The position numbers and the translations under genes are program-made. From Octopus sinensis (Eukaryota), in NCBI RefSeq assembly GCF_006345805.1, contig NC_042998.1, positions 74,648,001 through 74,712,000 of the forward strand: DNA of 64,000 nucleotides, given 5' to 3'. Positions 38,156-51,227 of the stretch are shown one piece after another. The notes beneath the pieces were generated by a model. The model did not search any database. It was not told where the DNA came from and was given only the letters and a program-made list of their open reading frames with translations. The first letter of the stretch is position 1. Every line of letters begins with the position of its first letter.

Positions 38156-40139
38156 ACGGTGAATTCCGAATAATTTCCACTACCTACCAAATTTACTCTC
38201 AAGCCATCAGTTGGAACTGTACACGAAACCTTATGGATGCAAAGTGATCATCTTACCCACATAGCTATGTCTATGCATACACGATTTATGTGAGAGAAGC
38301 CTGTATTCAGTATTTATGAAACACAAACTCGTATTCACATCCGGAAATGTGGTTTCATTCAGTTGGCCGCTTGTACATATCAGTGTTGGAAATATACCGT
38401 TAAATAGCTATACGTAGCTTACGTATATAGTTCCTGTATATCTCATAATATACCACACATACACCTCATATGCACACACATGCACACGTACTCACACAAA
38501 CACACACCAGAAGTGAATGAGTTTCTAATATTTTAAAGCAGTAAAGACTTATTGTTTAATTAAGCTCGTTTTATCTGTTAATTTTGCTTGCGTTATTTCT
38601 AACTTTATAAAGTAACAAAGCGCAAGTGTATATAATAAGGAAAAAGCAATCGTATATAAATACATGAAATACTGATATTTGAATCCCATGAATTCCGATG
38701 TATTTTGAGGAATCATAAGTGTATTTGTTATTTCTGAAACATTGAATGAGAAAAAAACAAAAAACAACAAAAAAAAATCACGAAAAGTTGGCTCCTAGTT
38801 CTTGAAGGATGTCGTCAAATGGGAATTATGCTCTCTTCCAGACTTGATGATAGTTTTATTTCCTATACGGAACCAATGTATTTACTTAACGGCTTAATGA
38901 TGTTGGGAATAGTAATGCTGTCTCAATAACATCCTTTCTAAAACCTAAGTTCAAATGTTATTAGAATTATTTTTAATGTAAAATGATGATAGACGAAAAA
39001 TTGTTCATGTTTCTTAACTAAACACATTAAAATAGTTTATAAACCCACAAAATCCAAGGAAACTAGTGATGCTCTGTGTCAGTAAAAAGTAATAAAAATA
39101 GTTTAAATAATGAAAATATAGTTATACTAAGAAGAAGCAAAATATAATCTATTTAGGTCGGTCCTGTTAACTTTTTATTTCAAATTCCGGCAGAGTTGGC
39201 GTTACCTTTCCTTGATAAAAGTTAAGGAGAAAGAAGTACTAAAATTATTTTAGCACTTATATCAATGTCGATTGGCTGCCATAGAAAAGATAGAAGCCAC
39301 CTGCCAGCTAGATAGCTCCCCTGCAGTTTATTTAATATTTTCCTGCTGGTGCCAAAAGAGCATCATTATCAAACCTTATCAAACAAAAGGCCATAATATA
39401 CATATATATAATTTTTGGCTGAGAGGTGAAATATCTTCAACTTGTGTCATATGCATGACTTATCTTCAGATTAAATCTACAGTCTACGTTCATGAGATAT
39501 GATGCGTACATGTATCACCAAAAGATTACACGTACAGGGAACTTCAACGTGAACTCACATTCTTCCGGCTTAGCAAAAGAAACATGTATTTTATGAATCG
39601 TTGTATGAGACATGCATCGTACGATATAGTTCTAGACAAACCATAGGACGAGCTGGACATGCCTGGAATATTTTTAATGATGATTTTCCTCGATTCAAGT
39701 TTGACTTGGGTCTCAACAACGACAACAGCAACAACAATAGCAACAGCTTTTTAACACTATTGCATCGTAGCATGACAGCATTAAAACTATGTAGAGGATA
39801 GTTGAAATGAAGCTGACGACAGACAGCAGAGTAAAAGTTTTAGTTTTAACTTTCTATTGTCTCAGCCTCAAGTTGAAATCCAGTTGTGATAAACTTTGAC
39901 TTTCATCTCTTCTCAGACGATAACACAACCACTGGTGATAGAACAGAAACACTTCAATTGACTGTGTCTCTTTCAACTATTAATTCTAAAGAAATCAATT
40001 TTGGGTGCCTAACAAAGTCTTCATATTATCAAGCTGAACCATTGGTGGAACGTTCATAGAATTAGAAAGACAATTATGTATATGTGCACACACACCACAC
40101 ACACACATGTACAGACACATATGTATATAGATACGTAAA

Positions 40140-40175
40140 TACATATTCATATATATATAATATATATATATATGC

Positions 40176-40211
<36 letters not shown>

Positions 40212-40220
40212 GTATGCATA

Positions 40221-40263
<43 letters not shown>

Positions 40264-40294
40264 TGTATATATATATATATATATGTATGTATGC

Positions 40295-40338
<44 letters not shown>

Positions 40339-40404
40339 ATGCATATATATATATATATATGTATGCATATATATATATATATATAGATATATATGTATGT
40401 ATGC

Positions 40405-40454
<50 letters not shown>

Positions 40455-40472
40455 CATATATATATATATATA

Positions 40473-40526
<54 letters not shown>

Positions 40527-40563
40527 CATAATATATATATATATATAGATATATATGTATGTA

Positions 40564-40604
<41 letters not shown>

Positions 40605-40735
40605 TATATATATATGTATGCATATATATATATATGTATGCATATATTATATATATTATATATATATATATTATATATATATATATATGTATGTATGCAT
40701 ATATATATATATATATACACATATATATATATATT
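40140..40735. repeat. Complex (TA)n array with recurrent TGTATGCA interruptions
   Basis: Direct. Confidence 0.95.
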
Positions 40736-41689
40736 AAACACACATATATGTACTTGAGGAGAAATGTATGATGTTACATTTTCACCGAAAAGAGATACGG
40801 TACTCATGAAGAACTTCTAAATCAGAAACTTCTTCATAAATAATTGATTTAAAATTTAATTGAACTACGAGGATGACTCAAAAGTTGTCTAAAGATTAAT
40901 TAAATTTTCAAACCTCGTAATATGAGTTCATGATTCAACCTTATGTGGAAAATACTAGCCTTTTACATGTGCGATTAGTTGAATGTGTAAATATATCTGG
41001 ACATTGTGTTGACTAACTGCATACTTTTATGTCAATAACTCTGACTTGCTCACATGATTGCAAATGGTGAATTACATTCTAAAATTATTATTATTTACGT
41101 TCGGTTCTAAACTAGATTCTCACAATGACTCATGGTCACCAAATTCATAGAAAGGAAGTATTATCTGTATAGTATTTATTTTCTCGACTCGAGGAAGACG
41201 AAAGGCAACATGGTCAATATGCATAGGAATTGAACTCCAGAACATGGAATGCAAATTTGGATTTGAATTCATGAATACATTAGGAATAATATTTTTAATT
41301 GAAAAAAAAAAAAAAACTAAAACAATGCTGACTAGATACATTCTGTTGTTGATGCGAAGATAAAAACGAAAGAACTGAGAAAAGATGATCTGGAAGCCAT
41401 TATGATAGTGTTATGTTTCCACTGCACCAGCTGTGAAATAATTCCAATGATTGGATGTTATTTTCTCAGATTTGTTTGGCACAGCAGCTTTGTGTTTATC
41501 ATCTTCCTGACTTTTTGTCACCTCACTTATATCAATAGATTGAGATTTCAGCTTTGGTACTAATGACTTAATGGACTCTGACTTTTCTTAATTTTGTTGA
41601 CAGAAAGTGCGAAACGTTGAAAGGCATACATAATTCATACACGCACGCGCACACGTACACACGTACATAGATACACACTTATAAAGATG

Positions 41690-41802
41690 CATACACACGC
41701 ACACACATATATATATGAATACATTTATATATATATACATTTATATATACATTTATATATATATACATGCATATATATGTATACATTTATATATATATAT
41801 AC

Positions 41803-41842
<40 letters not shown>

Positions 41843-42047
41843 TTATATATATGTATACATTTATATATATTATATATATATATATATACATTTATATATA
41901 TACATTTATATATATACATTTATATATATACATTTATATATATATATACATTTATATATATATATACATTTATATATATATATATTATATATATATATAT
42001 ATATATACATTTATATATATATATATATATACATTTATATATATATA
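41690..42047. repeat. Complex (TA)n array with recurrent CATTT interruptions
   Basis: Direct. Confidence 0.95.
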
Positions 42048-42397
42048 TTTTACGAAAGAAAGAAAGAGTGAGAGTTGATCAAAATAGAGGCGAAATGTAT
42101 GTGAAAGAGATGTGGAATGAAAAGAGATGGTGAGAGAGAGTTAGAGAAAAAGCGGAATAGATGAGAATGAGCAGGTGAAAAAAGAAAGAAAAGGAGTAGA
42201 AAGACGTATGAAATGCCAAAGTGTTATGTGCTATTATTGGAAGAGGTGATTGACAGAAACAGGATGAAAGTTAATTAATGAGTTGAGTAGAAGAGATTAG
42301 CAAAGTGAAAGTGAAGAGATAGGATACACACACATACATAGATATATATATACGTACGTATGTATAAACAGGTATATATATATATATATTTAAAGAG

Positions 42398-42433
<36 letters not shown>

Positions 42434-43324
42434 AGAGGGTGTGAGATAGTGAGGGTAGTGACTAAGGAAGCGAAACAACTAGAGTGAAAGTAAGGGATGG
42501 GGAAGAAGACAAAGTGATGAGTTAGTCTGATAGTGATACTAAGCCTGTTGTTAGAGATAATATGCAGACTATAAGGAGGAAATGTACTAAATGTGTGTAC
42601 TGATTTCTCAGGCTGAGAAAATGAAAGAATAATTAGAAAATAAACAAATAAATAATTTGGATAGAAGTGAGATAGTTCATAGTGACAAACACCGTCTGAG
42701 GAATAAAGATAATGTTTAGACGGTGAAATCATAGAACAAACGATCTTCAAATAATATCAACTGTGACAAAAAATAAAAAAAAGAAAAGTTTAATGAAATT
42801 AAAAAGCAACAACAACAAACGTTTTTAGTAATAACAATTTACAAATGTAAACTGGATCAATATAAAAAGAAATCGATCGAATATTAAAATGAAAGGAGAA
42901 AACGCATGCCTAGAGTAATATTTAGATGGTTTTAAAATGTAATTTTCAAATTTGATACCGTTATTGATATTCTGGCTGAAGAATAAATGGCTGACAATTG
43001 TATTAAAGATAGAAAATAGATTTCGCATTGTGGGAAAGCACTTTGTGAGAACATTTGAAATATTTGTTAATTCTATCATTTGTCATCAACAATTAGTTAT
43101 TTTTTCTTATATACTTTCAAAGTATTAGCTGAATTATAGAATGTTTTTGCACTTTCTTTCAAATGTATTTGTGGACTGACCTGTACGGAACAGAGTTATG
43201 GCTTTACAATCTTGCACCAGTATAAATGAATGAAATATATATCAATGTCGATTTTCATTATCGATGTAACAATAAAAGAAATTACCACCAACACAATAAT
43301 AATACTTTCTACTATAAGCACAAA

Positions 43325-43507
43325 AGCTAAAATTTTTGGGAGGAGATCAATCGATTACAACAACCCCCAGTACTCAAATGGTTATTGTTTTATCGATTTC
43401 GAGAGGATGAAAGGCAAAGTCAACCTTAGTGGAGTTGGAGCGTAAAGATGAGCAAAATGCCGCTAAGCATTTTATCCAGCGTGCTAACGATTATGCCAGC
43501 TCACTGC
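43325..43507 (-). mobile_element. SINE family A, degenerate
   Basis: GAGGATGAAAGGCAAAGTCAACC, GCCGCTAAGCATTTT, GCTAACGATT.TGCCAGCTC. Confidence 0.8.
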
Positions 43508-43508
43508 T

Positions 43509-43544
<36 letters not shown>

Positions 43545-43554
43545 GTAATAATTG

Positions 43555-43764
43555 TTTCAAATTTTTTCACAAGGGCAGCCATTTTAGAGGAGGGGATGTG
43601 GCGATTACATTGAATTCTGTGTTCAACTGGTACTTAATTTATCGAACCCGAAAAAATGAAAGGCAAAGTCGACCTCGGCGGAACGTGAACTCTGAACGTA
43701 GCTGCAGACGAAATACCGCTAAGGATTTCGCCTGGCATGCTAACGTTTCTGCCAGCTCACCGCC

Positions 43765-43765
<1 letters not shown>
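43555..43765 (-). mobile_element. SINE family A flanked by (AAT)n on both sides
   Basis: ATGAAAGGCAAAGTCGACCTCGGCGGAA..GACGAAATACCGCTAAG..CTGCCAGCTCACCGCC; (AAT)n at 43510-43550 and 43766-43838. Confidence 0.85.
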
Positions 43766-43838
<73 letters not shown>

Positions 43839-43869
43839 TGACCCACGAATAGTCAAGAAGGAAGGCGAA

Positions 43870-43890
43870 AAGACAGACAGACAGACAGAC

Positions 43891-43960
<70 letters not shown>

Positions 43961-43987
43961 TAGATAGATAGATAGATAGATAGATAC
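43870..43987. repeat. (GACA)n(GATA)n microsatellite
   Basis: Direct. Confidence 0.95.
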
Positions 43988-44227
43988 AACCCTCTTAAGT
44001 ACGAAATAGCCCGGCTATGGAAAATGGAGAAGGTGACGCTAGGGCCAATTATTGTTGGAAATTGGAACAGAGTGCTCTGCAGAACTGTTACAAGAGGTTT
44101 TGCCTCCTTGACACGGCCAGAATAATCAGGAAAGTATTATGCAGAAAGTATTAGATAGCCCGCTATGTATGCTAGACTCCAGGAGCTCCAACAAAATATG
44201 TGATAAAGAGGAAATAATAACAATAAT

Positions 44228-44281
44228 GGTTTCAAATTTGCCACAAGGCCAGCCATTTTGGAGAAGGGATAAGTAGATTAC

Positions 44282-44338
<57 letters not shown>
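44228..44338 (-). mobile_element. SINE A 3'-tail fragment followed by (AAT)n
   Basis: TTTCAAATTTGCCACAAGGCCAGCCATTTT matches 1022-1070 and 43555-43600. Confidence 0.65.
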
Positions 44339-45220
44339 GAATTAGATTAGGAGCAATAATGAAGCTTGCAATTGAACACTCAATAAACCCGATAGAATTT
44401 ATCTTTCATTCTATTTTTTGAACTGATTGAAAATTGAAAAAGCAATTATGAAACCTGAGCGCTGCTACTTCTCAAAATATTTGTCTACTCTTCAATTATG
44501 CTTTTCTTTCTTATAAAGAAAATTGATCGAGCAAATTTTATTGGATTCGCAAATGTTGTACATATATTCTGACATGTATTTAGATAGTTTTAAGAATGTT
44601 TTCAATAATTGAAATGTTTTAAAAGGTTGTTTTGCAAGCTGTTAATGCTATTTGTTATTACTGAGAAATATTTGATGAATAACCAAATAAAATTGTAAAA
44701 GACTAATAAAAGAAATGAGATTTCATAAGGATTGAGTTACGTGTTTGCTGTAGATGAGTCGTGATCAATAAAAGAACACACACGATAAAATAATGTGGCC
44801 AGTTAGAATTTGAGTTATTAAGATATTTTTGCTGTTAAAGTGAAATGCTCGACAAACAAAGCATTTGTTAAACACATATTTGCTTGTTAAAATTTTAACT
44901 GATCTAGTAGTACGATATGCACCAAATTGGAACAGCGTGTGTGAGTTAAAATATTCCAATTGAAACAGCAACGTAATTTTTTTTTTTTAAAGAATTTTAT
45001 TTTATAAAACAACTAAACGATAAGAATTTTATTTATATCTTTCATCTCACTGCGTTAGTCCAATGATCAGACGATCGGATGTTGTTATCCATTGCTGATC
45101 GCAATGTGATTCTCTGCTAGAAATACTGTTAATTTTTCGTTTTACGAAACTTAACTAAATGTATATATTTGTATATATATGCATATACATACAGAAAAGC
45201 GATGACTTATAGAACTCAGT

Positions 45221-45588
45221 GGAACGACGATGAGGGTTCCAGTTGATCCGATCAACGGAACAGCCTGCTCGTGAAATTAACCTGTAAGTGGCTGAGCACT
45301 CCACAGAAAACGTGTACCCTTAACGTAGTTCTCGGGGATATTCAGCGTGACACAGAGAGTGACAAAGCCGGCCCTTTGAAATACAGGTGCAGCAGAAACA
45401 GGAAGTAAGAGTGAGAGAAAGTTGTGGTGAAAGAGTACAGCAGGGATCACCACCATCCCTGCCGGAGCCTCGTGGAGCTTTAGATGTTTTCGCTCAATAA
45501 ACACTCACAACGCCCGGTCTGGGAATCGAAACCGCGATCCTACGACCGCGAGTCCGCTGCCCTAACCACTGGGCCATTGCGCCTCCAC
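45221..45588 (-). mobile_element. tRNA-derived SINE, family D, full length, tail type 2, with a 10-bp TSD
   Basis: TSD AGAACTCAGT at 45211-45220 and 45589-45598; intact A-box TGGCCCAGTGGTTAG and B-box GGTTTCGATTCCC. Confidence 0.92.
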
Positions 45589-45854
45589 AGAACTCAGTAC
45601 GCCAGTGTAGACTATACCATAATAAAACGTATCCGATCATTCGGTTGGTAATCCGAGCCTATTTTCCCTTGAAATATCTGTTGTTTGAATATATTTTAAA
45701 ATATTATATGAAAGTTTGGCCCGCCCACGTAACCAACGGATTGGTATCATTCGGAAGCTACAAGAATGCGAAGTTTGATCAGCAGCTGATGACGACGTCT
45801 GATCGTCTGATAATTAAAGTAATGCAGTGGTATTAAAAGTACGTAGAAAATTCT

Positions 45855-46075
45855 TATTCTTTTTACTTGTTTCAGTCATTTGACTGAGGCTATGCTGGAG
45901 CACCAGCTTAAAGGGTTTTAATCGAAGAAATAGAACCTACGACTTATTCTTTGTAAACCTAGTACTTATTCTATTGTCCCCTTTGTCGAACCACTAGGTT
46001 ACGGGGATGTAAACACACCAGGATCGTTTGTCAAACAATGGTAGGGGAAGAACGCTAACACAAAGACCCAGGCAC
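45855..46075 (-). mobile_element. SINE family C, 3' half
   Basis: Matches 55880-56077 in reverse, including the tail CAGTCAAATGACTGAAACAAGTAAAA. Confidence 0.8.
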
Positions 46076-46098
46076 ATAAATATATGCATACATACATA

Positions 46099-46438
46099 TT
46101 AGATTGTCAAGAAAGTTCTTGCGGAATTTTTACTTTTGGTTTTAAATGATTATTTTCAAATTATTTTTCGTTAAATCACTTTGACTTTATGTATAATTTT
46201 AAAGACCGTTTTTTGCTCTACCGGAACGTTGAATACAACATGGACAAAGAGAAAATTTGCACAATTTTCTTATTCCAGTTCAAACTAGGCCGAAAAGCCG
46301 CTGAAGCAGCTCGCGATATCAACGATGCGTTTGGCCCAGGAACTTACAACAGGATAGTGGTTCAAGATATTTCGTAGCGATGACGAGAGTCTTGAAGATG
46401 ATAAGTATAAAAACGCAAGAACTTTCTTGACAACCTAG
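46099..46438 (+). mobile_element. Internally deleted mariner (Hsmar1/cecropia-like), 340 bp, TA TSD
   Basis: TIRs TTAG(A/G)TTGTCAAGAAAGTTCTTGCG; TA at 46097-46098 and 46439-46440; transposase start MDKEKICTIFLFQFKLGRKAAEAARDINDAFGPGT..DESLEDD. Confidence 0.9.
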
Positions 46439-46446
46439 TACATACA

Positions 46447-46477
<31 letters not shown>

Positions 46478-46500
46478 GCATACATGCATACATACATGTA

Positions 46501-47562
46501 CTTCTCCGTCTGTTCATAGTGGCCCTTTCAGACATGCCCTCAGTTACTAAGATGGCCACCCATGCTAGCTATGCAGATGACACAAAAGTTTCCCACACAA
46601 TACAATACTCTGGAAATATTGCACATCTGCAACAGGAGTTGGATACAATATACAGGTGGGCTGAGGACAACAACATGCAGTTTATTGCAGGTAAGTTTCA
46701 GGCCCTGCGCTACCTGCACACAAAGGTAAACGACATGCAGACTAGATATACTGGCCCGGGAAGACTTGCAATCCCTGATTCAAAATCAGTGCGTGACCTG
46801 GGCATTGACATGAGCAATGATGCATCTTTCCAAGTGCATATTACTAATTTGGTGATAAAATGCAGACGGCTAGCTGGATGGATTCTCCGAACTTTCAGAA
46901 CAAGAGAGAAGGAGACACTCATGGTCCCGTGGAAAACTTTCGTCCTTAGCCGCTTGGATTACTGCTCCCAACTACGGTCACCACACAATATAAAACTAAC
47001 AGCAGAACTCGAAGCAATTCAAAGAAGCTACAAAAAAGAAGATCGTCTCAATGCAACATATCAGCTACTGGTAAAGACTGAAAGTATTAAAACTCTTCTC
47101 CCTAGATTGAAGGCGGGAGAGACATGCGGTGATATACATCTGGAAAATCCTGGAGGGTCTTGTCCCAAACTTTGGCATTGAAAGTTACCCCAACCGCAGA
47201 ACGGGGCGCCACTGCATGGTGCCAAAAATTCCAACATCACCATCAAAATACAGGACCAGATACTGCAACAGCTTGGGTTTCAGAGAACCACAGCTCTTTA
47301 ACATCCTCCCTAAATGCTTGAGAGACTTGCATGGTCTGGATGTAGGTTTCTTTAAAACTAAACTGGATCTCTTCTTGTCGGGGGTCCCAGATAAACCTAC
47401 CCCACGACAGGAGACACAGATGCGGGCAGCGGCATCGAACTCCCTTGTTGACCAAGTGCCACGTATCAGAGAAAGATTCACATATTAGTGTAGCTCATTT
47501 AGCGGTGGTGCCCCAGCATGGCCGCAGCCTTCGGGCTGAAAATTTTTTAAGGATTTAAGGAT
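46501..47562 (+). pseudogene. CR1-group LINE (family A), 5'-truncated: RT C-terminal half and 3' tail
   Basis: ASYADDTKV, GWILRTFRTREKET, LSRLDYCSQL; one frameshift near 47030; same family as 30600-33261; tail GGTGCCCCAGCATGGCCGCAGCCTTCGGGCTGAAA. Confidence 0.92.
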
Positions 47563-47596
47563 ATACATACACACACACAAACATGCATACAGATAT

Positions 47597-47608
47597 AAAG
47601 AGAGAGAG

Positions 47609-47660
<52 letters not shown>
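47597..47660. repeat. (GA)n microsatellite
   Basis: Direct. Confidence 0.95.
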
Positions 47661-47964
47661 TAAAAAGTAACATTAGGTAGAAGAAACAAACAACTATTTG
47701 GAGAACCTACTAAAATATTCATGGATTCAGAAAAAGATATTACGGCGGACACGGGAAGTGGCAGTACTAGAAATGAGACCCCTATGTTGTATACCCACAA
47801 GCCACGACAGTTGACACTAAAGTTTAACTTTATTAAAAAACAAAGCTGGTATAGACAGGTTATACTTAACACGCGTACGAGAAAGTTATTAGAAAGGAAC
47901 CACATAGAAGGTAGAAAGATACTCAGAAGCAAACAAATGTAGACTATTTTCATACTCTCTCCCT

Positions 47965-48273
<309 letters not shown>

Positions 48274-48699
48274 GGCAAAACTATTTTCTGTATATAAGGT
48301 GACGATAATTATAATTTATAAGCTAAGTCTGCCTGAATGAATGATTTACATTAAGATAAAAAAAAGCGAAGCAGAAATAACTAAACATTAAACAGAAATA
48401 TAATGAAATTAGAATTCCAAATTATAAAATTAAAAAAAAGAAATAGAGTAAAATATAACCCTCTCCAAGGCCAATATCCTGCAAGACATGAAGGAAGTGA
48501 AACAATATGAAAGAAAGCAATTATTAAACGTCTCTTGACTTCAGTAGAAACGGGTGTCTGATTTTAGCAACACAAAATCAATACCAGGCCATAAAAACAA
48601 ACTACAAGAATAAAGCAATTATGCAATCATTTACGACTCGATCGATCACATCACTTTCGACTGCCAATTTTTAGCAAAGACAGAGTGTAATGTAAATGA

Positions 48700-49090
48700 C
48701 CGGCTAGATAGTTACATCCATTCGACAAATGCCCGATTCTTGTAAAGACGATGTATCACTTGATATGGCTGGGTAATAGCATTATTCAGTGGACAGATGT
48801 TCAAGACTATTAAAGTAAAATGTATAAATATTACTGGATGTATAGCTATATCCATTTGACAACTGCTTAGTCCTAATAGACAATGTATCAATTTATACCA
48901 CTGGTTAAATAGCTATATCCATTGTACAAATGCCCGACCAAGTAAACACAGAATGTATCTAGAAATGGCTAATTCGGTAGCTACATCGATTTGTGCAGCT
49001 GTGTTGCTTTTCAATAAATTTATTTTTAAATGTACATAAATGGTATGTGTTTAACTTTATTCATTGGACAGCTGTTCAATCTAGTAATTG
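48700..49090. repeat. Degenerate ~67-bp minisatellite, 5-6 copies
   Basis: Recurrent ATAGCTAYATCCATT..ACAAATGCC..ATGTATC; anchors at 48716, 48850, 48917, 48985 and at 48751, 48820, 48883, 48953. Confidence 0.7.
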
Positions 49091-49634
49091 AAATTTACGA
49101 AAAATTGATTGCGTAGATTGCGATAAATACTTACCAAACTCGGTCTGTAGCAATAAAATAGCTGTCCAGAATGACAAGGATTTATAAAAGATCAGTCATG
49201 ATATTTTTAAAGTAAGACCTAAACATTCTAACAAGCCACGAACTATAAAAAATTAAAGACTTGAAACAATACGAAGTATAATCAATCTACTGAACTTGAT
49301 ACAAAAAAGAGCATGTACATCAACAATTTCATTCAAAATACCATAAAACATACGGAGCTACAATGTACAACTCTAGCACAAATTACATAACATTATGTAC
49401 ATAATCAACTCTAAATACAATAGATGCAGCCTAAATACATATACATATATTAGATGAACAACAAATACTTTCTATCTCACCTAACAAACAACACAATCTA
49501 TAAAACAAAAAATACGGTGGTACATCAAGTGACGCAGTGAAAATCTTGCTGAAAATCTTTGAAAATATGATAGTAAGAAATAGTCATGGTTTCTATTGAG
49601 GAACAAAGCGTTTGATGGATGTGGGTTAATCAAC

Positions 49635-49705
49635 ATCAACTCCACCCCAAAAGGATGAAAAGTAAAGTCGATCTCGGTAGGATTTGAATCCAGAATGTAA
49701 AGAGC
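49635..49705 (-). mobile_element. SINE A fragment
   Basis: AAAAGGATGAAAAGTAAAGTCGATCTCGG..TTTGAATCCAGAATGT. Confidence 0.55.
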
Positions 49706-50460
49706 ATAGGCGCAGGCGTGGCTATGTGATAATAAAGGTAGCGAGTTGGCAGAAACGTTAGCACGCCGGGCGAAAATGCTTAGCGGTATTTCGTCTGCCG
49801 TTACGTTCTGAGTTCAAATTCCGCCGAGGTCGACTTTTCCTTTCATCCTTTCGGGGTCGATTAATTAAGTACTAGTTACGCACTGGGGTCGATGTAATCG
49901 ACTTAATACCTATGTTTGTCCCCTTAGTGTTTAGTCCCTTGTGGGTAGTAAAGAAATTGGTATTTCGTCTGCCGTTACGTTCTGAGTTCAAGTTCCGCCG
50001 AGGTCGACTTTGCCTTTCATCCTTTCGGGGTCGATAAATTAAGTACCAGTTACGCACTGGGGTCGATATAATCGATTTAATCCGTTTGTCTGTCCCTGGT
50101 TGTCCTCTCTGTGTTTAGCCCCTTGTGGGTAGTAAAGAAATAGGTATTTCGTCTGCCGTTAGGTTCTTAGTTCAAATACCGCCGAGGTCGACTTTGCCTT
50201 TCATACTTTCGAGATCGATTAAATAAGAACCAGTTATACGCTGGGGTCGATGTGATCGTCTTAATCCATTTGTCCTTGTTTGTCCTCTCTATGTTTCCCC
50301 CCTGTTGGCAATATAAACATAAATATAAGCTTGCTTCCCATCCACATGGTTCTAAGTTCAGTCGCTCTGCGTGGTATCTTAGGCAAGTATCTTCAACTAT
50401 AGCCTCGGACCGATCAAAGCCTTGTAAGTGGATTTGATAGACGAGAAGTAGCAGCCAGTT
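49706..50460 (+). mobile_element. SINE C split by an inserted SINE A head plus three tandem body units
   Basis: C head at 49706-49732; A head from ~49737; units starting GGTATTTCGTCTGCCG at ~49785, 49959 and 50143; the C body resumes AAGCTTGCTTCCCA at ~50327. Confidence 0.8.
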
Positions 50461-50480
50461 TTATATATATATATATATGA

Positions 50481-50560
<80 letters not shown>

Positions 50561-50570
50561 GTATATATAA

Positions 50571-50601
<31 letters not shown>

Positions 50602-50609
50602 GTGTGTGT

Positions 50610-50702
<93 letters not shown>

Positions 50703-50744
50703 TAATATACATATATATACATACATATACATATATATATGTAT

Positions 50745-50788
<44 letters not shown>

Positions 50789-50829
50789 TATATGTATATA
50801 TATATATATATGCATATATATATATGTAT

Positions 50830-50890
<61 letters not shown>

Positions 50891-50911
50891 ATATATATAT
50901 GTGTGTGTGTA

Positions 50912-50988
<77 letters not shown>

Positions 50989-51046
50989 ATATATATACAC
51001 ATATATATATACATATATATACATACATATACATATATATATGTAT

Positions 51047-51088
<42 letters not shown>

Positions 51089-51146
51089 TATATGTATATA
51101 TATATATATATGCATATATATATATATATATATATGTATGTATATA

Positions 51147-51192
<46 letters not shown>

Positions 51193-51227
51193 ATATATAT
51201 ATGTATGTATATTATATATATATATAT
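50461..51227. repeat. Long complex (TA)n/(CA)n array with an internal ~300-bp higher-order duplication
   Basis: 50761-50820 is identical to 51061-51120. Confidence 0.9.

Noticed and set aside
41420-41595. Minus-strand ~58-codon S/K/E-rich frame ending ..TSNHWNYFT.. (BED-finger-like)
   Set aside because: No following Cys/His ligands, no start codon or good splice acceptor.
39995-42133. Many long YI/CV/TH-rich ORFs (also at 2.4-3.3, 4.1, 15.8-18.9, 33, 38 and 50-51 kb)
   Set aside because: They are translations of stop-free microsatellites.
45500-45588. tRNA gene (also other SINE heads)
   Set aside because: A- and B-boxes are present, but the sequence continues into a SINE body with a TSD and has no proper acceptor stem or terminator.
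48700-49090. CRISPR-like periodic repeats (also the 43-bp triplication and the 23-bp tandem)
   Set aside because: Contiguous tandem units without unique spacers, no cas genes, eukaryotic context.
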